Of a stretch of DNA of 64,000 nucleotides, positions 26,359-35,987 are shown piece after piece; the first letter of the stretch is position 1, and every line of letters starts with the position of its first letter. A program made the position numbers and the translations under genes. The notes under the pieces were generated by a model. The model did no database searches, was not told the origin of the DNA, and saw nothing but the letters and a program-made list of their open reading frames with translations. This DNA is from Candidatus Moraniibacteriota bacterium (GTDB lineage: Bacteria; Patescibacteriota; Minisyncoccia; Moranbacterales; UBA1568): contig JAUSGT010000002.1 in assembly GCA_030648835.1 (NCBI GenBank), forward strand, positions 12,108 to 76,107, written 5' to 3'.

Positions 26359-28977
26359 ATGACCCAAAAGAAAGCCAAAACTCTCGTTTTGCTCGATGGA
26401 AACGCGCTGATTCACCGGGCCTATCATGCTTTGCCGCCCTTGACGACCAAGGAGGGGGAGCTGGTAAATGCCGCGTATGGATTTACGTTGACGCTCCTCT
26501 CGGTTCTCGAAAAATTCAAACCGGAGTATATCGCGGCGTCGTTTGATCTGGCGGGGCCGACGTTTCGTGATGAGATGTACAAAGACTACAAAGCGACGCG
26601 CGTGAAAGGGCCGGATGATCTGTACGCGCAGATTCCGCGCGTGAAAGAAATAGTGAGAGCGTTTAATATCCCCATTTTTGAAAAAGAAGGCTATGAAGCG
26701 GATGATTGTGTGGGGACGCTGGCACGCCAAGCGGAAAAAAAGAATGTGGAAGTGATTATCGTGACGGGGGATAATGATGTTTTGCAGCTTGTGACACCGG
26801 TGGTAAAAGTGTTTACCTTGCGCAAAGGAATCAAAGACACCGTACTCTACGACGAAAAGGAAGTAGAGAAAAAATATGGATTCAAGCCCGTTCAGATCCC
26901 GGATTACAAAGGCTTGGCCGGGGATGCTTCGGACAATATCCCCGGGGTGACGGGCATCGGCGGGAAAACCGCGACCACGCTCCTCCAATCATTTGGAACA
27001 TTGGAAAATATCTATGCCCATCTGGCGGAAGTAAAAGAGTCCGTGCGGAAAAAATTGGAGACAGATAAAAAAAACGCGTTTCTTTCCAAAGAATTGGGGG
27101 CGATCGATACTACTGTGCCGATGACGCTCGATCTTTTGGCGTGTGTCAGCCGAGATTTTGATCGAGTGGCGGTGGTGAAACTTTTTCAGGAACTGGGATT
27201 TTATAGTTTGCTAAAGAGACTGCCAGGGGCTGAGAAAGAATCAAAAAACGACCCTTCGACTGCGCTCAGGGCGGGGCAGAGTAAAAACAAGCCCCGGAAA
27301 ATTGTTACGAAAGAAGAACTGGAAAAGTTTTTGGGGAAGGCGAGAGAGGTGGCGGTGTATGTGAAACAATCGGAAGGGACGCTTTTTGGCACAGGTATAG
27401 AAAGCATACACATAGCCGTCGCGAAAGAAAGTGAGGCGATCGTTGTTTGGAGCGAACAAACAAAAAAGTGGCTCAAAGAATTTTTGGAAGATGAAAAAAG
27501 AAAAAAGGTCGTTTATGACGGCAAAGCGCTTTTGCATATTTTCAAAAAAGAGCGCATCGATATGCGGGGGATTGCCTTCGATGTTTTGATTGCGGCCTAT
27601 CTTCTCAATTCCGGCGGGAACGTGGAGTTCGAGTATCTCTTGCTAGAAGAATGTGGCGAGGAGGAAATGACTCTGCCGGCAGAGAAACTGCTTTTTCTGC
27701 GTGAGGCATATGAGAAGAAGCTCGATCTAGTGAGCAAGACTCAGGAGAAAGGAAAAACCTTGCGGCGGGTCTTCGAAAATATCGAAATGCCGCTTCTTTT
27801 GGTCTTGTATGAAGTGGAAGAGAACGGCATCCGTCTCAACACGAAAAAATTCCGTGCGCTGTCCGACGAATTGGCGAAAGAATTGGTAACGCTCGAAAAA
27901 GATATTTACAAGTTTTCCGGTCGTGAGTTCAATATCAATTCACCCAAGCAGTTGTCCGAGGTACTTTTTCAGGATCTAAAAATTCCCACGCAAAATATCA
28001 AAAAAACCAAGACGGGGATTTCGACGGCGTCGGCAGAACTGCAAAAGCTGCAAGCCTATCCGATCGTCGCGAAAATCGAGAGTTATCGCGAGTTGTTCAA
28101 ACTGAAAACCACCTATCTCGACGCTCTTCCGGCGTTGGTTGACGGAGCTTCGCGTCTTCACACGACGTTCAATCAAGCAGTGGCCGCTACGGGGAGACTT
28201 TCTTCATCCGATCCCAACCTGCAGAATATCCCGGCCCGTAGTACATGGGGGGAGCGCATTCGGGGGGCTTTCGAAGCAGAAAAAGGATATGTGTTCGTCG
28301 GTGCCGATTATTCTCAGATTGAACTTCGGGTGATGGCGCATTTGAGCGGAGATAAAGCTTTAGTAGAGGCTTTCGAGCGGAGTGAAGACGTCCACTCTAC
28401 GACTGCGGCGGTAGTGTACAAGGTCAAACAAGAAGAGGTGACAGCCGCTATGCGCCAGCAGGCAAAAGTATTTAACTTTGGCATTATGTATGGCATGGGA
28501 GCATATGGTCTGGCACAGGCGGCAGAGATAGATCAGAAAGAAGCCGCTCAATTTATTGCCACTTACTTCAAAAAGTTTTCCAAAGTGGCGCTCTTTCTGG
28601 AGATTATGAAGAAGAGCGCTCGGACGCATGGCTTTGTGGAAACAGAACTTGGTCGGCGACGGTACACCCCGGAAATTACCAGCACCAACGTACAAGTCGC
28701 CCGCGCGGCGGAACGGATGGCGACCAATATGCCTATCCAAGGAATGGCGGCGGATATTATGAAGCTCTCGATGCTCTCTGCCGAGAAACTGGTGAAAGAA
28801 TATGGAGATGATGCGCGAATGGTACTTCAGATTCACGACGAACTTATTTTCGAAGTCAAAGAAACAAGCGCCAGGGAATTCGCGGCAGAAATAAAAAAAG
28901 TTATGGAGCACGCCTACCCGCTTCGTGTCCCGCTCACAGTCGAGGTAATGATCGGCAAAAACTGGGGAGAAATCTGA
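26359..28977 (+). CDS. polA: DNA polymerase I
   Basis: 5' nuclease domain (LVLLDGNALIHRAYHAL). C-terminal pol A motifs (DYSQIELRVMAHLS, QIHDELIFEV). The start is moved to MTQKKAKT. Confidence 0.9.
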   Translation: MTQKKAKTLVLLDGNALIHRAYHALPPLTTKEGELVNAAYGFTLTLLSVLEKFKPEYIAASFDLAGPTFRDEMYKDYKATRVKGPDDLYAQIPRVKEIVRAFNIPIFEKEGYEADDCVGTLARQAEKKNVEVIIVTGDNDVLQLVTPVVKVFTLRKGIKDTVLYDEKEVEKKYGFKPVQIPDYKGLAGDASDNIPGVTGIGGKTATTLLQSFGTLENIYAHLAEVKESVRKKLETDKKNAFLSKELGAIDTTVPMTLDLLACVSRDFDRVAVVKLFQELGFYSLLKRLPGAEKESKNDPSTALRAGQSKNKPRKIVTKEELEKFLGKAREVAVYVKQSEGTLFGTGIESIHIAVAKESEAIVVWSEQTKKWLKEFLEDEKRKKVVYDGKALLHIFKKERIDMRGIAFDVLIAAYLLNSGGNVEFEYLLLEECGEEEMTLPAEKLLFLREAYEKKLDLVSKTQEKGKTLRRVFENIEMPLLLVLYEVEENGIRLNTKKFRALSDELAKELVTLEKDIYKFSGREFNINSPKQLSEVLFQDLKIPTQNIKKTKTGISTASAELQKLQAYPIVAKIESYRELFKLKTTYLDALPALVDGASRLHTTFNQAVAATGRLSSSDPNLQNIPARSTWGERIRGAFEAEKGYVFVGADYSQIELRVMAHLSGDKALVEAFERSEDVHSTTAAVVYKVKQEEVTAAMRQQAKVFNFGIMYGMGAYGLAQAAEIDQKEAAQFIATYFKKFSKVALFLEIMKKSARTHGFVETELGRRRYTPEITSTNVQVARAAERMATNMPIQGMAADIMKLSMLSAEKLVKEYGDDARMVLQIHDELIFEVKETSAREFAAEIKKVMEHAYPLRVPLTVEVMIGKNWGEI

Positions 28978-29059
28978 GGCAACTGTTAGCGACTAGCTTT
29001 TAGTAACTTAAAGACAAAGAAAAACCGACGTGGAGCCGGTTTTTATCGAGAAGATAGGC

Positions 29060-29389
29060 TTATTGTTGTCTATCAACTCTTAAAAGTTCTTGAGAACGTT
29101 GATAGACTGCCCTCAGTTTCTCTATGGTATCGTGGTCTTTAGGATCTTCATTCTTCTCAAGGACGTCCGCTATGTTTCGTTGAATTTCCATGAGTTCTCC
29201 CATATCCGCGCGTTTAATCTGGTCTATGGTTGCCTGAAGACTGAGTTCAGATTTTAGATCGACAGGATCCAATTTGCTAGGATCACGATGGTCGCGTTCC
29301 ACTAGTACGCGGGCTTTCCCCCATGCAGTATGAGGTATTGTGGGTTTGGGGTCTACTGGGCCTCTCGGCTGCTCTGCTTCGTTATGCAT
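29060..29389 (-). CDS. Hypothetical protein
   Basis: 109-aa ORF of acidic/charged composition. No domain recognised. Confidence 0.3.
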   Translation of the reverse strand: MHNEAEQPRGPVDPKPTIPHTAWGKARVLVERDHRDPSKLDPVDLKSELSLQATIDQIKRADMGELMEIQRNIADVLEKNEDPKDHDTIEKLRAVYQRSQELLRVDRQQ

Positions 29390-29481
29390 ATATTTGTATT
29401 AAAAAATTAAAAACGGGCTCACACCCGTTTCTTTACCTCAGTAGTATAGCAGGAAAATCCGCTAAAGTCAATGTTCGGAGT

Positions 29482-29509
29482 TTGTTCTGGGGTGAATATC
29501 CGTTATAAT
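29482..29509 (+). promoter_or_regulatory. Candidate sigma70 promoter for mutM (TTGTTC-16-TATAAT)
   Basis: TTGTTC at 29482-29487, TATAAT at 29504-29509, about 25 nt before the mutM ATG. Confidence 0.5.
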
Positions 29510-29532
29510 GAAGGACACTCAAATTATTATTT

Positions 29533-30384
29533 ATGCCGGAATTACCGGAGGTACAGACGGTCGTAACGCAACTGGGACAGAAAGTCGTCGGGAAAACCGT
29601 CAAAATTTTTTGGAGCGATTGGAAGAAAAAAATCTTTCCAACATTTGCCGTGTTCGTAAAGAAGGTAAGGGGCACCGCCATACTCGGGACGCGGCGCTTT
29701 GGCAAACATATCGTGATTGATCTCGACAATGGTTACTCAATTGTTGTTCACCTGAAGATGACCGGGCACTTTTTGGTGAAACATAAAAACAATCGTTTAT
29801 CCTCGGCATTTACGGAAGATTCGAAAAATGGCTATATCCACCACATTTTCACTTTTACTGATGGAATGACGCTGGAATTTTCCGATATGCGAAAATTCGG
29901 TTGGTTGCGGGTGGTGGGAACAGGAGAGGTGGAAACACTTCCGAGTATTGCGTCGCTCGGTATTGACGCCCTCTCTCCCAAACTGACCCAAAAACATTTT
30001 CACGGGCTGCTTTCGGAAAAAATGAAGCGCCCCATCGGTGTAGTATTGCTTGAACAAAATTTGATTGCCGGTATCGGCAACATCTATCGGAGCGAAGCCT
30101 TGTTCCTTGCGGGAGTGCTCCCGACGCGTCACATCGAAACGTTGACGAAGAACGAATGGCTGAAAGTTCTGCCCGCCATCAAAAAAGTTTTGCGTACGGC
30201 GGTGCGGCTGCGCGGTACGAGTGATGGAGACTTCCGTGATACCGACGGTTTGGAGGGGCGTTTCCAGAAAACGCTCCATGTGTACGGGCGAACAGGGGAA
30301 CCGTGTAAGAAATGTGGTACAATGATACTGCGTAAGAAAATCAGGCAACGGAGTATTTTTTTCTGCCAGAAGTGTCAGAGATAG
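29533..30384 (+). CDS. mutM: Formamidopyrimidine-DNA glycosylase (Fpg/MutM)
   Basis: N-terminal MPELPEV (catalytic Pro2/Glu3). An H2TH region. A C-terminal zinc finger CKKCGTMILRKKIRQRSIFFCQKCQ. Confidence 0.9.
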   Translation: MPELPEVQTVVTQLGQKVVGKTVKIFWSDWKKKIFPTFAVFVKKVRGTAILGTRRFGKHIVIDLDNGYSIVVHLKMTGHFLVKHKNNRLSSAFTEDSKNGYIHHIFTFTDGMTLEFSDMRKFGWLRVVGTGEVETLPSIASLGIDALSPKLTQKHFHGLLSEKMKRPIGVVLLEQNLIAGIGNIYRSEALFLAGVLPTRHIETLTKNEWLKVLPAIKKVLRTAVRLRGTSDGDFRDTDGLEGRFQKTLHVYGRTGEPCKKCGTMILRKKIRQRSIFFCQKCQR

Positions 30385-30415
30385 TATCCGGCCAAATAAT
30401 AAATACCAACAACAT

Positions 30416-31519
30416 ATGGAAAGCCGTCAAAAAATCGTGATATTTCTTGTCGCCATCGCAATTGTGGGCATCGCAAGTTATGTCTTGTTCGGAAAAAGGG
30501 AAATGCGCAAGCCTATCGAGCTCAATAACAAGAATCAATCCCTGAATGTTTCGACCGGACCCGCCAATTCAGGAGATGTCAGCCCGATTTCCGGATTGCC
30601 CTGTGCCGATTGGAATCGTCGGCCCGTTGCCGTGATGCAGCCTGCTGATGTACCGGCCAGGCCCGCGGCGGGGTTTTCGGACGCGGATATGGTGGTGGAA
30701 ATGCCGGTCATCACGGCTTCGGTGACGCGCCTCATGGCAGTCTACGTCTGCGGAAATCCGGATGACGTCGGATCGATGCGCAGTTCCCGCCATGATTTTA
30801 TTTCTTTGGCCAAAGGTTTGGATGCGATTTATGTTTCTTGGGGTGGGTCGCATTTTGCCAAGGAGAAGCTGAATGAGGGAGTGATAGACAATATGAATTG
30901 CAATAATGACGGGGGAAAATCCGCGGCCCAGTATTGTTACCGCAAAGAAGTTGGCAAAGACGGCATCGTTCGCGGGGTTGACACCGGGTATGCCAAGTTT
31001 GCCAAACTGCTCGAAGGGGCGAAAGATTTTGGCTATCGTTTGGAAAATAAGTTTTCCGGTTACAAGCATGCTCCGGAAGTAGCACTCGAGAATCGGCCCA
31101 AGGGTGGACATTTGAGAGTGGCGTTTGCCGGACCGTTTGCGGCTGAATATGATTATGATCGCGACACCAATAGCTATCTCCGCACCTGGGGCAATGTTCC
31201 TGATATCGATCGTAACAATAAAAAACGCAATGCTCCGAAGAATGTCATCGTGCTTATGGCACAGTCCGAGCAGATTGAAGGCCAATACAACAACGTGCAA
31301 CTCGGTGACCCGTGGTACGATACGACCGATAGTGGTGACGCGTTTTACTATATGAATGGGGAACAGAAGCGCGGTACGTGGAAGAAGGATAAGTCCGATA
31401 TCCAAAGCAAACTCAACTTTTTTGACGAATCCGGCAATGAAGTGACGTTCGTCCCGGGACAAATGTGGGTGGAAGTTTTGGAACCGGGGCAGACACTTCG
31501 GTGGGAACCCGTGAATTAG
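30416..31519 (+). CDS. DUF3048 domain protein (YerB-like), membrane-anchored
   Basis: N-terminal TM. ARPAAGFSDADMVVEMPVITASVTRLMAVYV matches the conserved DUF3048 N-domain motif. Confidence 0.7.
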   Translation: MESRQKIVIFLVAIAIVGIASYVLFGKREMRKPIELNNKNQSLNVSTGPANSGDVSPISGLPCADWNRRPVAVMQPADVPARPAAGFSDADMVVEMPVITASVTRLMAVYVCGNPDDVGSMRSSRHDFISLAKGLDAIYVSWGGSHFAKEKLNEGVIDNMNCNNDGGKSAAQYCYRKEVGKDGIVRGVDTGYAKFAKLLEGAKDFGYRLENKFSGYKHAPEVALENRPKGGHLRVAFAGPFAAEYDYDRDTNSYLRTWGNVPDIDRNNKKRNAPKNVIVLMAQSEQIEGQYNNVQLGDPWYDTTDSGDAFYYMNGEQKRGTWKKDKSDIQSKLNFFDESGNEVTFVPGQMWVEVLEPGQTLRWEPVN

Positions 31520-31552
31520 CTGGTAGCTTTTTAGCTAATTAGCTTCTTAAGG

Positions 31553-31582
31553 AAAAAAACAGACCAAGTGTCTGTTTTTTGT
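31553..31582 (+). terminator. Rho-independent terminator
   Basis: AAAAAAA-CAGAC-caagt-GTCTG-TTTTTTG. Confidence 0.7.
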
Positions 31583-31637
31583 TATACTGAGTTTATCTTT
31601 CCTAATAAGCTACAAGCCACTACCTACAAACTATTAT

Positions 31638-32603
31638 ATGATTTTTTTCCTTCATGGTGAAGACGGTTTTCGGGTGAATGAACGCCGGAGCGTTTTCCAG
31701 AAAACTTTTGCCAAAAAACACCCCCAAGCGGAGTTTTTTATCTTTGATTTTGAGGATCAAGGAACACCTGATGATGTGAAGCGAAGTTTGGCAGCCTGTG
31801 AAGAGGGGCTTTTTACAACCAAAAAAATGGTGACGTTTCTTCACCCTTTTGTGTTGGGGGAAACTCAAGAAAAACTCCTCCTCAATTTTCTGGAGTGCTT
31901 CGTAAAAAAAACGAATGCGGGAGTAGCGCTTCTTTTCATCAATCCGGGGAAAATAAAAAAGACTCATCCGCTTACTCAATTTCTCGTGAAGCATGCGGAC
32001 AAGGTAGAAATGATCGAGAAGTTGGAAACAAAGAATATTGATTCTTACATCAAGCGTGAGTTGGCAGCGATCGATGAGAAAGCCAGCTTTTCCCGTGAAG
32101 CTCTGCAAGTATTTATATCGTCACTCGGTACGGCGACAGAACGTATTCGGACAGAACTGGAGAAACTGGTCACGTTCAAGCCGGGGGGCGTATTTGAGAC
32201 AGAAGATGTTCGGTTGCTTGTAGGCTCCTCTCCGGAGAGCATCATTTTTGAGGCGCTCGACGCACTCGGTCGTGGGGATAAAAAACGAGCGTTGCTTCTT
32301 TTCCATCGTGAAGTATCCGGAGTGGGTGGTGCGTATCCGCTTCTCTCGATGTGTGCCTGGCAGGCACGACGCTTGCTCCGGGTGAGAGAAATATTTGACA
32401 GAGGAGTGAGGCGCGCAGGAGATATCGCATCGGAAACCAAACTCCCGCCATTCGTGGTACAAAAAATGCTTGGCACAATCAATAACTTTCCGCTCAGCCG
32501 GATCAAAAGAGGACTTTCGCTTCTGTCCGAATTCGACACACAATTGAAAACCGGCGGTATGGATCCTCTCGTGGCACTGGATTTGTTTATCTGGAAATTC
32601 TAG
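31638..32603 (+). CDS. holA: DNA polymerase III delta subunit
   Basis: MIFFLHGEDGFRVNERRSVFQ is a typical HolA N-terminus (the LYGEE...-type motif). 321 aa. Confidence 0.8.
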   Translation: MIFFLHGEDGFRVNERRSVFQKTFAKKHPQAEFFIFDFEDQGTPDDVKRSLAACEEGLFTTKKMVTFLHPFVLGETQEKLLLNFLECFVKKTNAGVALLFINPGKIKKTHPLTQFLVKHADKVEMIEKLETKNIDSYIKRELAAIDEKASFSREALQVFISSLGTATERIRTELEKLVTFKPGGVFETEDVRLLVGSSPESIIFEALDALGRGDKKRALLLFHREVSGVGGAYPLLSMCAWQARRLLRVREIFDRGVRRAGDIASETKLPPFVVQKMLGTINNFPLSRIKRGLSLLSEFDTQLKTGGMDPLVALDLFIWKF

Positions 32604-32709
32604 AAAGGTATTTCGTATCAGGTATCACGTATCAGGTGTAGAAGAAACAAAAAACCAGCGTTCAGCTGGTTTTTGCATGATACGTAATACGATATACATG
32701 ATACATTTT

Positions 32710-33432
32710 TCACTCGATGCTGTTCCATGCCATTTCGAAAAGTGAGCGGTAGGTTTTGACCACATCTTCGCTTTCGATGACAACGGCCATCAGCTCATTC
32801 TTGTAGGAGAAGATGGCGATCTTGTTGCCATAAATGGCATTGTCTGAAGGTAGCTCGAAATTTTCCGGGGCCGTTTTGATTTGATACGTCTCACTTTCAT
32901 ACTGTTTGCGGAAGCTTCTTGATACGGGATCATCCATTTGGATTTCTCGTACTGAGGTATTCCTCTCCGCAGCCCTGGCGATGTGTTTATGGATGCTTTT
33001 CATCAGGTTTTCGGGAATGGATCCGATAGAAGCCACAAACCAAATTTCTTTTTCAGCAAAAATTTCATTATAGAGTTCATTTATTTCCCGCTCTCCCTGA
33101 TAGAAGCGCACTTTGGGTTTTTCGGCTTTGGAATTATAGAGAGCGAGGATCTCTGGCATAGCGATGTGGATTTCTTCATTTTGCTCTTTGCGAGCGGCGA
33201 GCAGAATCTCCGGTGACTTGGCCGTGTAGAGGGTTTTGGATTTTTTGGGCATCTCGGTGAGTAGCCCCTTCTGGCGTAGCTCCTGGAGTATTACATAGGT
33301 AGTGGGTCGCTTGACACCGGATTTCTTGGAAATGGTCGGCGCGGAGCTTGTCCCCAGTTCCAAAAGGGCCAGGTATATACTGGCTTGTTTTTCGTTCAAT
33401 CCAAAATATTGCAAAGTCTCTCTGGTATCCAT
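32710..33432 (-). CDS. TrmB-family transcriptional regulator
   Basis: N-terminal wHTH QYFGLNEKQASIYLALLELGTSSAPTISKKSGVKRPTTYVILQELRQKGLL. Paralogous to the regulator at 15143-15925. Confidence 0.65.
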   Translation of the reverse strand: MDTRETLQYFGLNEKQASIYLALLELGTSSAPTISKKSGVKRPTTYVILQELRQKGLLTEMPKKSKTLYTAKSPEILLAARKEQNEEIHIAMPEILALYNSKAEKPKVRFYQGEREINELYNEIFAEKEIWFVASIGSIPENLMKSIHKHIARAAERNTSVREIQMDDPVSRSFRKQYESETYQIKTAPENFELPSDNAIYGNKIAIFSYKNELMAVVIESEDVVKTYRSLFEMAWNSIE

Positions 33433-33629
33433 ATTTCACAGTATACATCCTTCTTTCTAAAATGTCAATACTTTTGACTACATAATATAATTATAACTTA
33501 AATAAGCCATAATATGCTAATTTAAATGTATATTAATATTGACTAAACGGCAATTTTCATGTATATTAAGGAGTTACCAAGATACACAGCAGGTAACACC
33601 ATTCCTTAACAACCGTAGAGGAGAGAACC

Positions 33630-34187
33630 ATGAATAAATTCGGATGGATTCTGGTACTGGCATTGCTCGCTTGCCCGGCTATCGCTGGGGAAACAAGCTT
33701 CTGGATTGAGCCGCAGGTCGTGTACAACAAAGAAAAAAGCCTCTCGCGTATCGACGCCGGGTTGAGCGGGAACATTGCCGAGTCCATTGGCTACTTTGCC
33801 TTTGGTCAAGCGCTCTCCAATGGTTACAGCCAGCTCTATGGCGGACCGAATTGGAAGCCGCTTTCATGGCTCGAAGTGGGAGTGGGGGTCGGAGCGGAAA
33901 GTGTGAAGCCTTCACTTCGCAGGAGTGCCTACTTCCTGGCTACCGAGGGAAAGGTCTCTGCCCTCGGCATCTACGAGAACGGGGGATCGGGCCGATTTCG
34001 TAAATTGGTTGCTACATACCAAATTACGGAATCGCTGAAGCTCGGAGTGATGAGCGAAACCTATCTTGGCTTTGGTCCGAGAGTGGAATACGCGGTCACC
34101 AAAAGCATCAGCCTGTGGGGTGCGGTTCTTCGGGATCATGAAAGCCAAACCACCAACGCTGTTTTCGCCACTACTATTAATTTTTAG
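33630..34187 (+). CDS. Secreted beta-barrel (OMP-like) protein, hypothetical
   Basis: Signal peptide MNKFGWILVLALLACPAIAG. About 8 amphipathic beta-strand segments with alternating hydrophobic residues. C-terminal ...AVFATTINF ends in Phe. Confidence 0.5.
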   Translation: MNKFGWILVLALLACPAIAGETSFWIEPQVVYNKEKSLSRIDAGLSGNIAESIGYFAFGQALSNGYSQLYGGPNWKPLSWLEVGVGVGAESVKPSLRRSAYFLATEGKVSALGIYENGGSGRFRKLVATYQITESLKLGVMSETYLGFGPRVEYAVTKSISLWGAVLRDHESQTTNAVFATTINF

Positions 34188-34215
34188 TAGTGGCAGTTTT
34201 TTTCAAGGAGAAATT

Positions 34216-34902
34216 ATGATGAAGCCATTGACGTATCAAGATTATCTTGACGGGACGAAACAGGTTCTTGAAGAAAGCAAAAAAGAAAAAGTACCATACA
34301 GTGTAGAAGTGTTGGGGAAAGAATTTGTAGTCTACCCTGATGTCTTCTCGCCCAAATATTTCCACGATACGGAAATATTTGCATCTCATTTGCCGATTAC
34401 GTCCGGTCAATCGTTTCTCGAAATCGGACCAGGAACAGGGGTCATTTCTATTGTTGCCGTCTACAAGGGCGCAGAGCGAGTGGTAGCCATCGACATTAAT
34501 CCTCAGGCTGTTGCCAACACACAAGCCAATATCGAGGCGCATCATCTCGAGGAGAGAGTTTCAGTAAGGTTTGGCAATCTGTACAGCGCGCTTGAGGAAG
34601 GTGAGAAGTTTGATACCATTTTTTGGAACGTACCATTTGGTCTCGTTTCAGAGAGCGGACTATCGGATCTGGAGAAATCCATATACGATTCTGGCTATCA
34701 GTCTATCGAGCGTTTTGTCATCGAAGCAAAGAGGCATATGAATTCGCCAGGGAGGCTGCTCATTGGTTTCAGTTCTACGCTTGGCCGATTGGACCTCGTG
34801 CAAAAATTTTGTATTGAAGCAGGGATGACACTCAAATTACTTCATGAAGAAGAATCCGAAGAAGTTCACCCAGTAAAATTTGAGCTCTTCGAAGCTAGGT
34901 AG
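34216..34902 (+). CDS. Class I SAM-dependent methyltransferase (HemK/PrmC-like, N-V-P-F motif)
   Basis: RBS AAGGAG precedes the start. LEIGPGTGVISIV SAM motif I. FWNVPFG resembles the NPPY/DPPF motif of N5-glutamine/N6-adenine methyltransferases. Confidence 0.6.
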   Translation: MMKPLTYQDYLDGTKQVLEESKKEKVPYSVEVLGKEFVVYPDVFSPKYFHDTEIFASHLPITSGQSFLEIGPGTGVISIVAVYKGAERVVAIDINPQAVANTQANIEAHHLEERVSVRFGNLYSALEEGEKFDTIFWNVPFGLVSESGLSDLEKSIYDSGYQSIERFVIEAKRHMNSPGRLLIGFSSTLGRLDLVQKFCIEAGMTLKLLHEEESEEVHPVKFELFEAR

Positions 34903-34944
34903 CAAAAACCCGCTGATGTATCATCGTCAGCGGGCATTTTTTTG
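34902..34944. terminator. Bidirectional intrinsic terminator between convergent genes
   Basis: AAAAA-CCCGCTGATG-tatcat-CGTCAGCGGG-CATTTTTTTG. Confidence 0.7.
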
Positions 34945-34952
34945 AAATAAGA

Positions 34953-35225
34953 CTATTTCTTCGCAACTGCGTTCTTGACGAGGGCGTTCAAGCGAGATTT
35001 CTTGCGGGCGGCGGTGTTTTTCTTGATGATTTTTTTCTGAGTGGCCTTGTCGAGAGACTTTACGGCAGTTTTCAACCATTCTTGTGCCTCTTTCACATTA
35101 CCGGCTGTGACGGCCTCGCGGGTTTTCTTGATAGCGCTTTTGATGACACCGGTGACGACTTTGTTGCGCAGAGTGTTCTTGGCGGTGACGCGCATGTATT
35201 TTTTGGCGGCTTTTTTGATGGGCAT
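34953..35225 (-). CDS. rpsT: 30S ribosomal protein S20
   Basis: MPIKKAAKKYMRVTAKNTLRNKVVTGVIKSAIKK. 90 aa, basic. Canonical S20. Confidence 0.9.
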   Translation of the reverse strand: MPIKKAAKKYMRVTAKNTLRNKVVTGVIKSAIKKTREAVTAGNVKEAQEWLKTAVKSLDKATQKKIIKKNTAARKKSRLNALVKNAVAKK

Positions 35226-35373
35226 AGCAAATAAATTTCAAAGTATAAATTACAAATTTCAAAAGGGGAAACAAAAGACCAGAACCTATCCTTTCTATCA
35301 TACCGACGGGATTTTGGCAAGAGTGTGCCCTAAGTGCTATCCTATGAGAGAGATTCTTGATTCTTCATTACCT

Positions 35374-35946
35374 ATGATTGCTCAACTTGAAGGAAAAATT
35401 GCGGGAATGCGGGGGAATGCGGTCATTCTCCAGGTCGGAGGTATCGGGTACCTTGTGTTTGTTTCTTCCTACACTCTGGGGAAGGTGGCTTCGCAGGAGC
35501 AAGTGTTTCTCCATATCCATACGCATGTGCGCGAGGACCAGTTTTCTCTCTACGGCTTCCTCAATGAAGAAGAATTGACTATGTTTGAATTGCTCATTTC
35601 TATTTCCGGTATCGGACCGAAGATGGCGCTTTCAATTCTTTCCATTGCTGATGTCAATACCATTCGCACCGCTATCGTGAACAAAGACCCGAGTATTCTG
35701 ACGCGCGTCTCCGGTGTAGGCAAGAAGACGGCCGAACGGGTCATCGTGGAGTTGCAAAACAAAGTGGATGCGGTCGGCGTCGAAGATCAAGCAAGCGCAC
35801 TCCGTGGTCAGGATACTATCGAAGCGCTGACGTCCATGGGGTACTCGATTACCGAAGCGCGCGAGGCGCTCAAGCTGGTGCCGGCCGAAGTGACCGATGT
35901 GAGCAAGCGCATTCGCCAGGCGCTGAAGAATCTCGGAAAGAAGTGA
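35374..35946 (+). CDS. ruvA: Holliday junction DNA helicase RuvA
   Basis: MIAQLEGKIAG...VGGIGYLVF OB-fold domain. HhH motifs ISGIGPKMALSIL...VSGVGKKTAERV. The start is chosen at MIAQLEG; an alternative ATG lies at 35344. Confidence 0.85.
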   Translation: MIAQLEGKIAGMRGNAVILQVGGIGYLVFVSSYTLGKVASQEQVFLHIHTHVREDQFSLYGFLNEEELTMFELLISISGIGPKMALSILSIADVNTIRTAIVNKDPSILTRVSGVGKKTAERVIVELQNKVDAVGVEDQASALRGQDTIEALTSMGYSITEAREALKLVPAEVTDVSKRIRQALKNLGKK

Positions 35947-35987
35947 TGAGTTCTCTACGAATTACGAATTAAATACGAATATTACGA

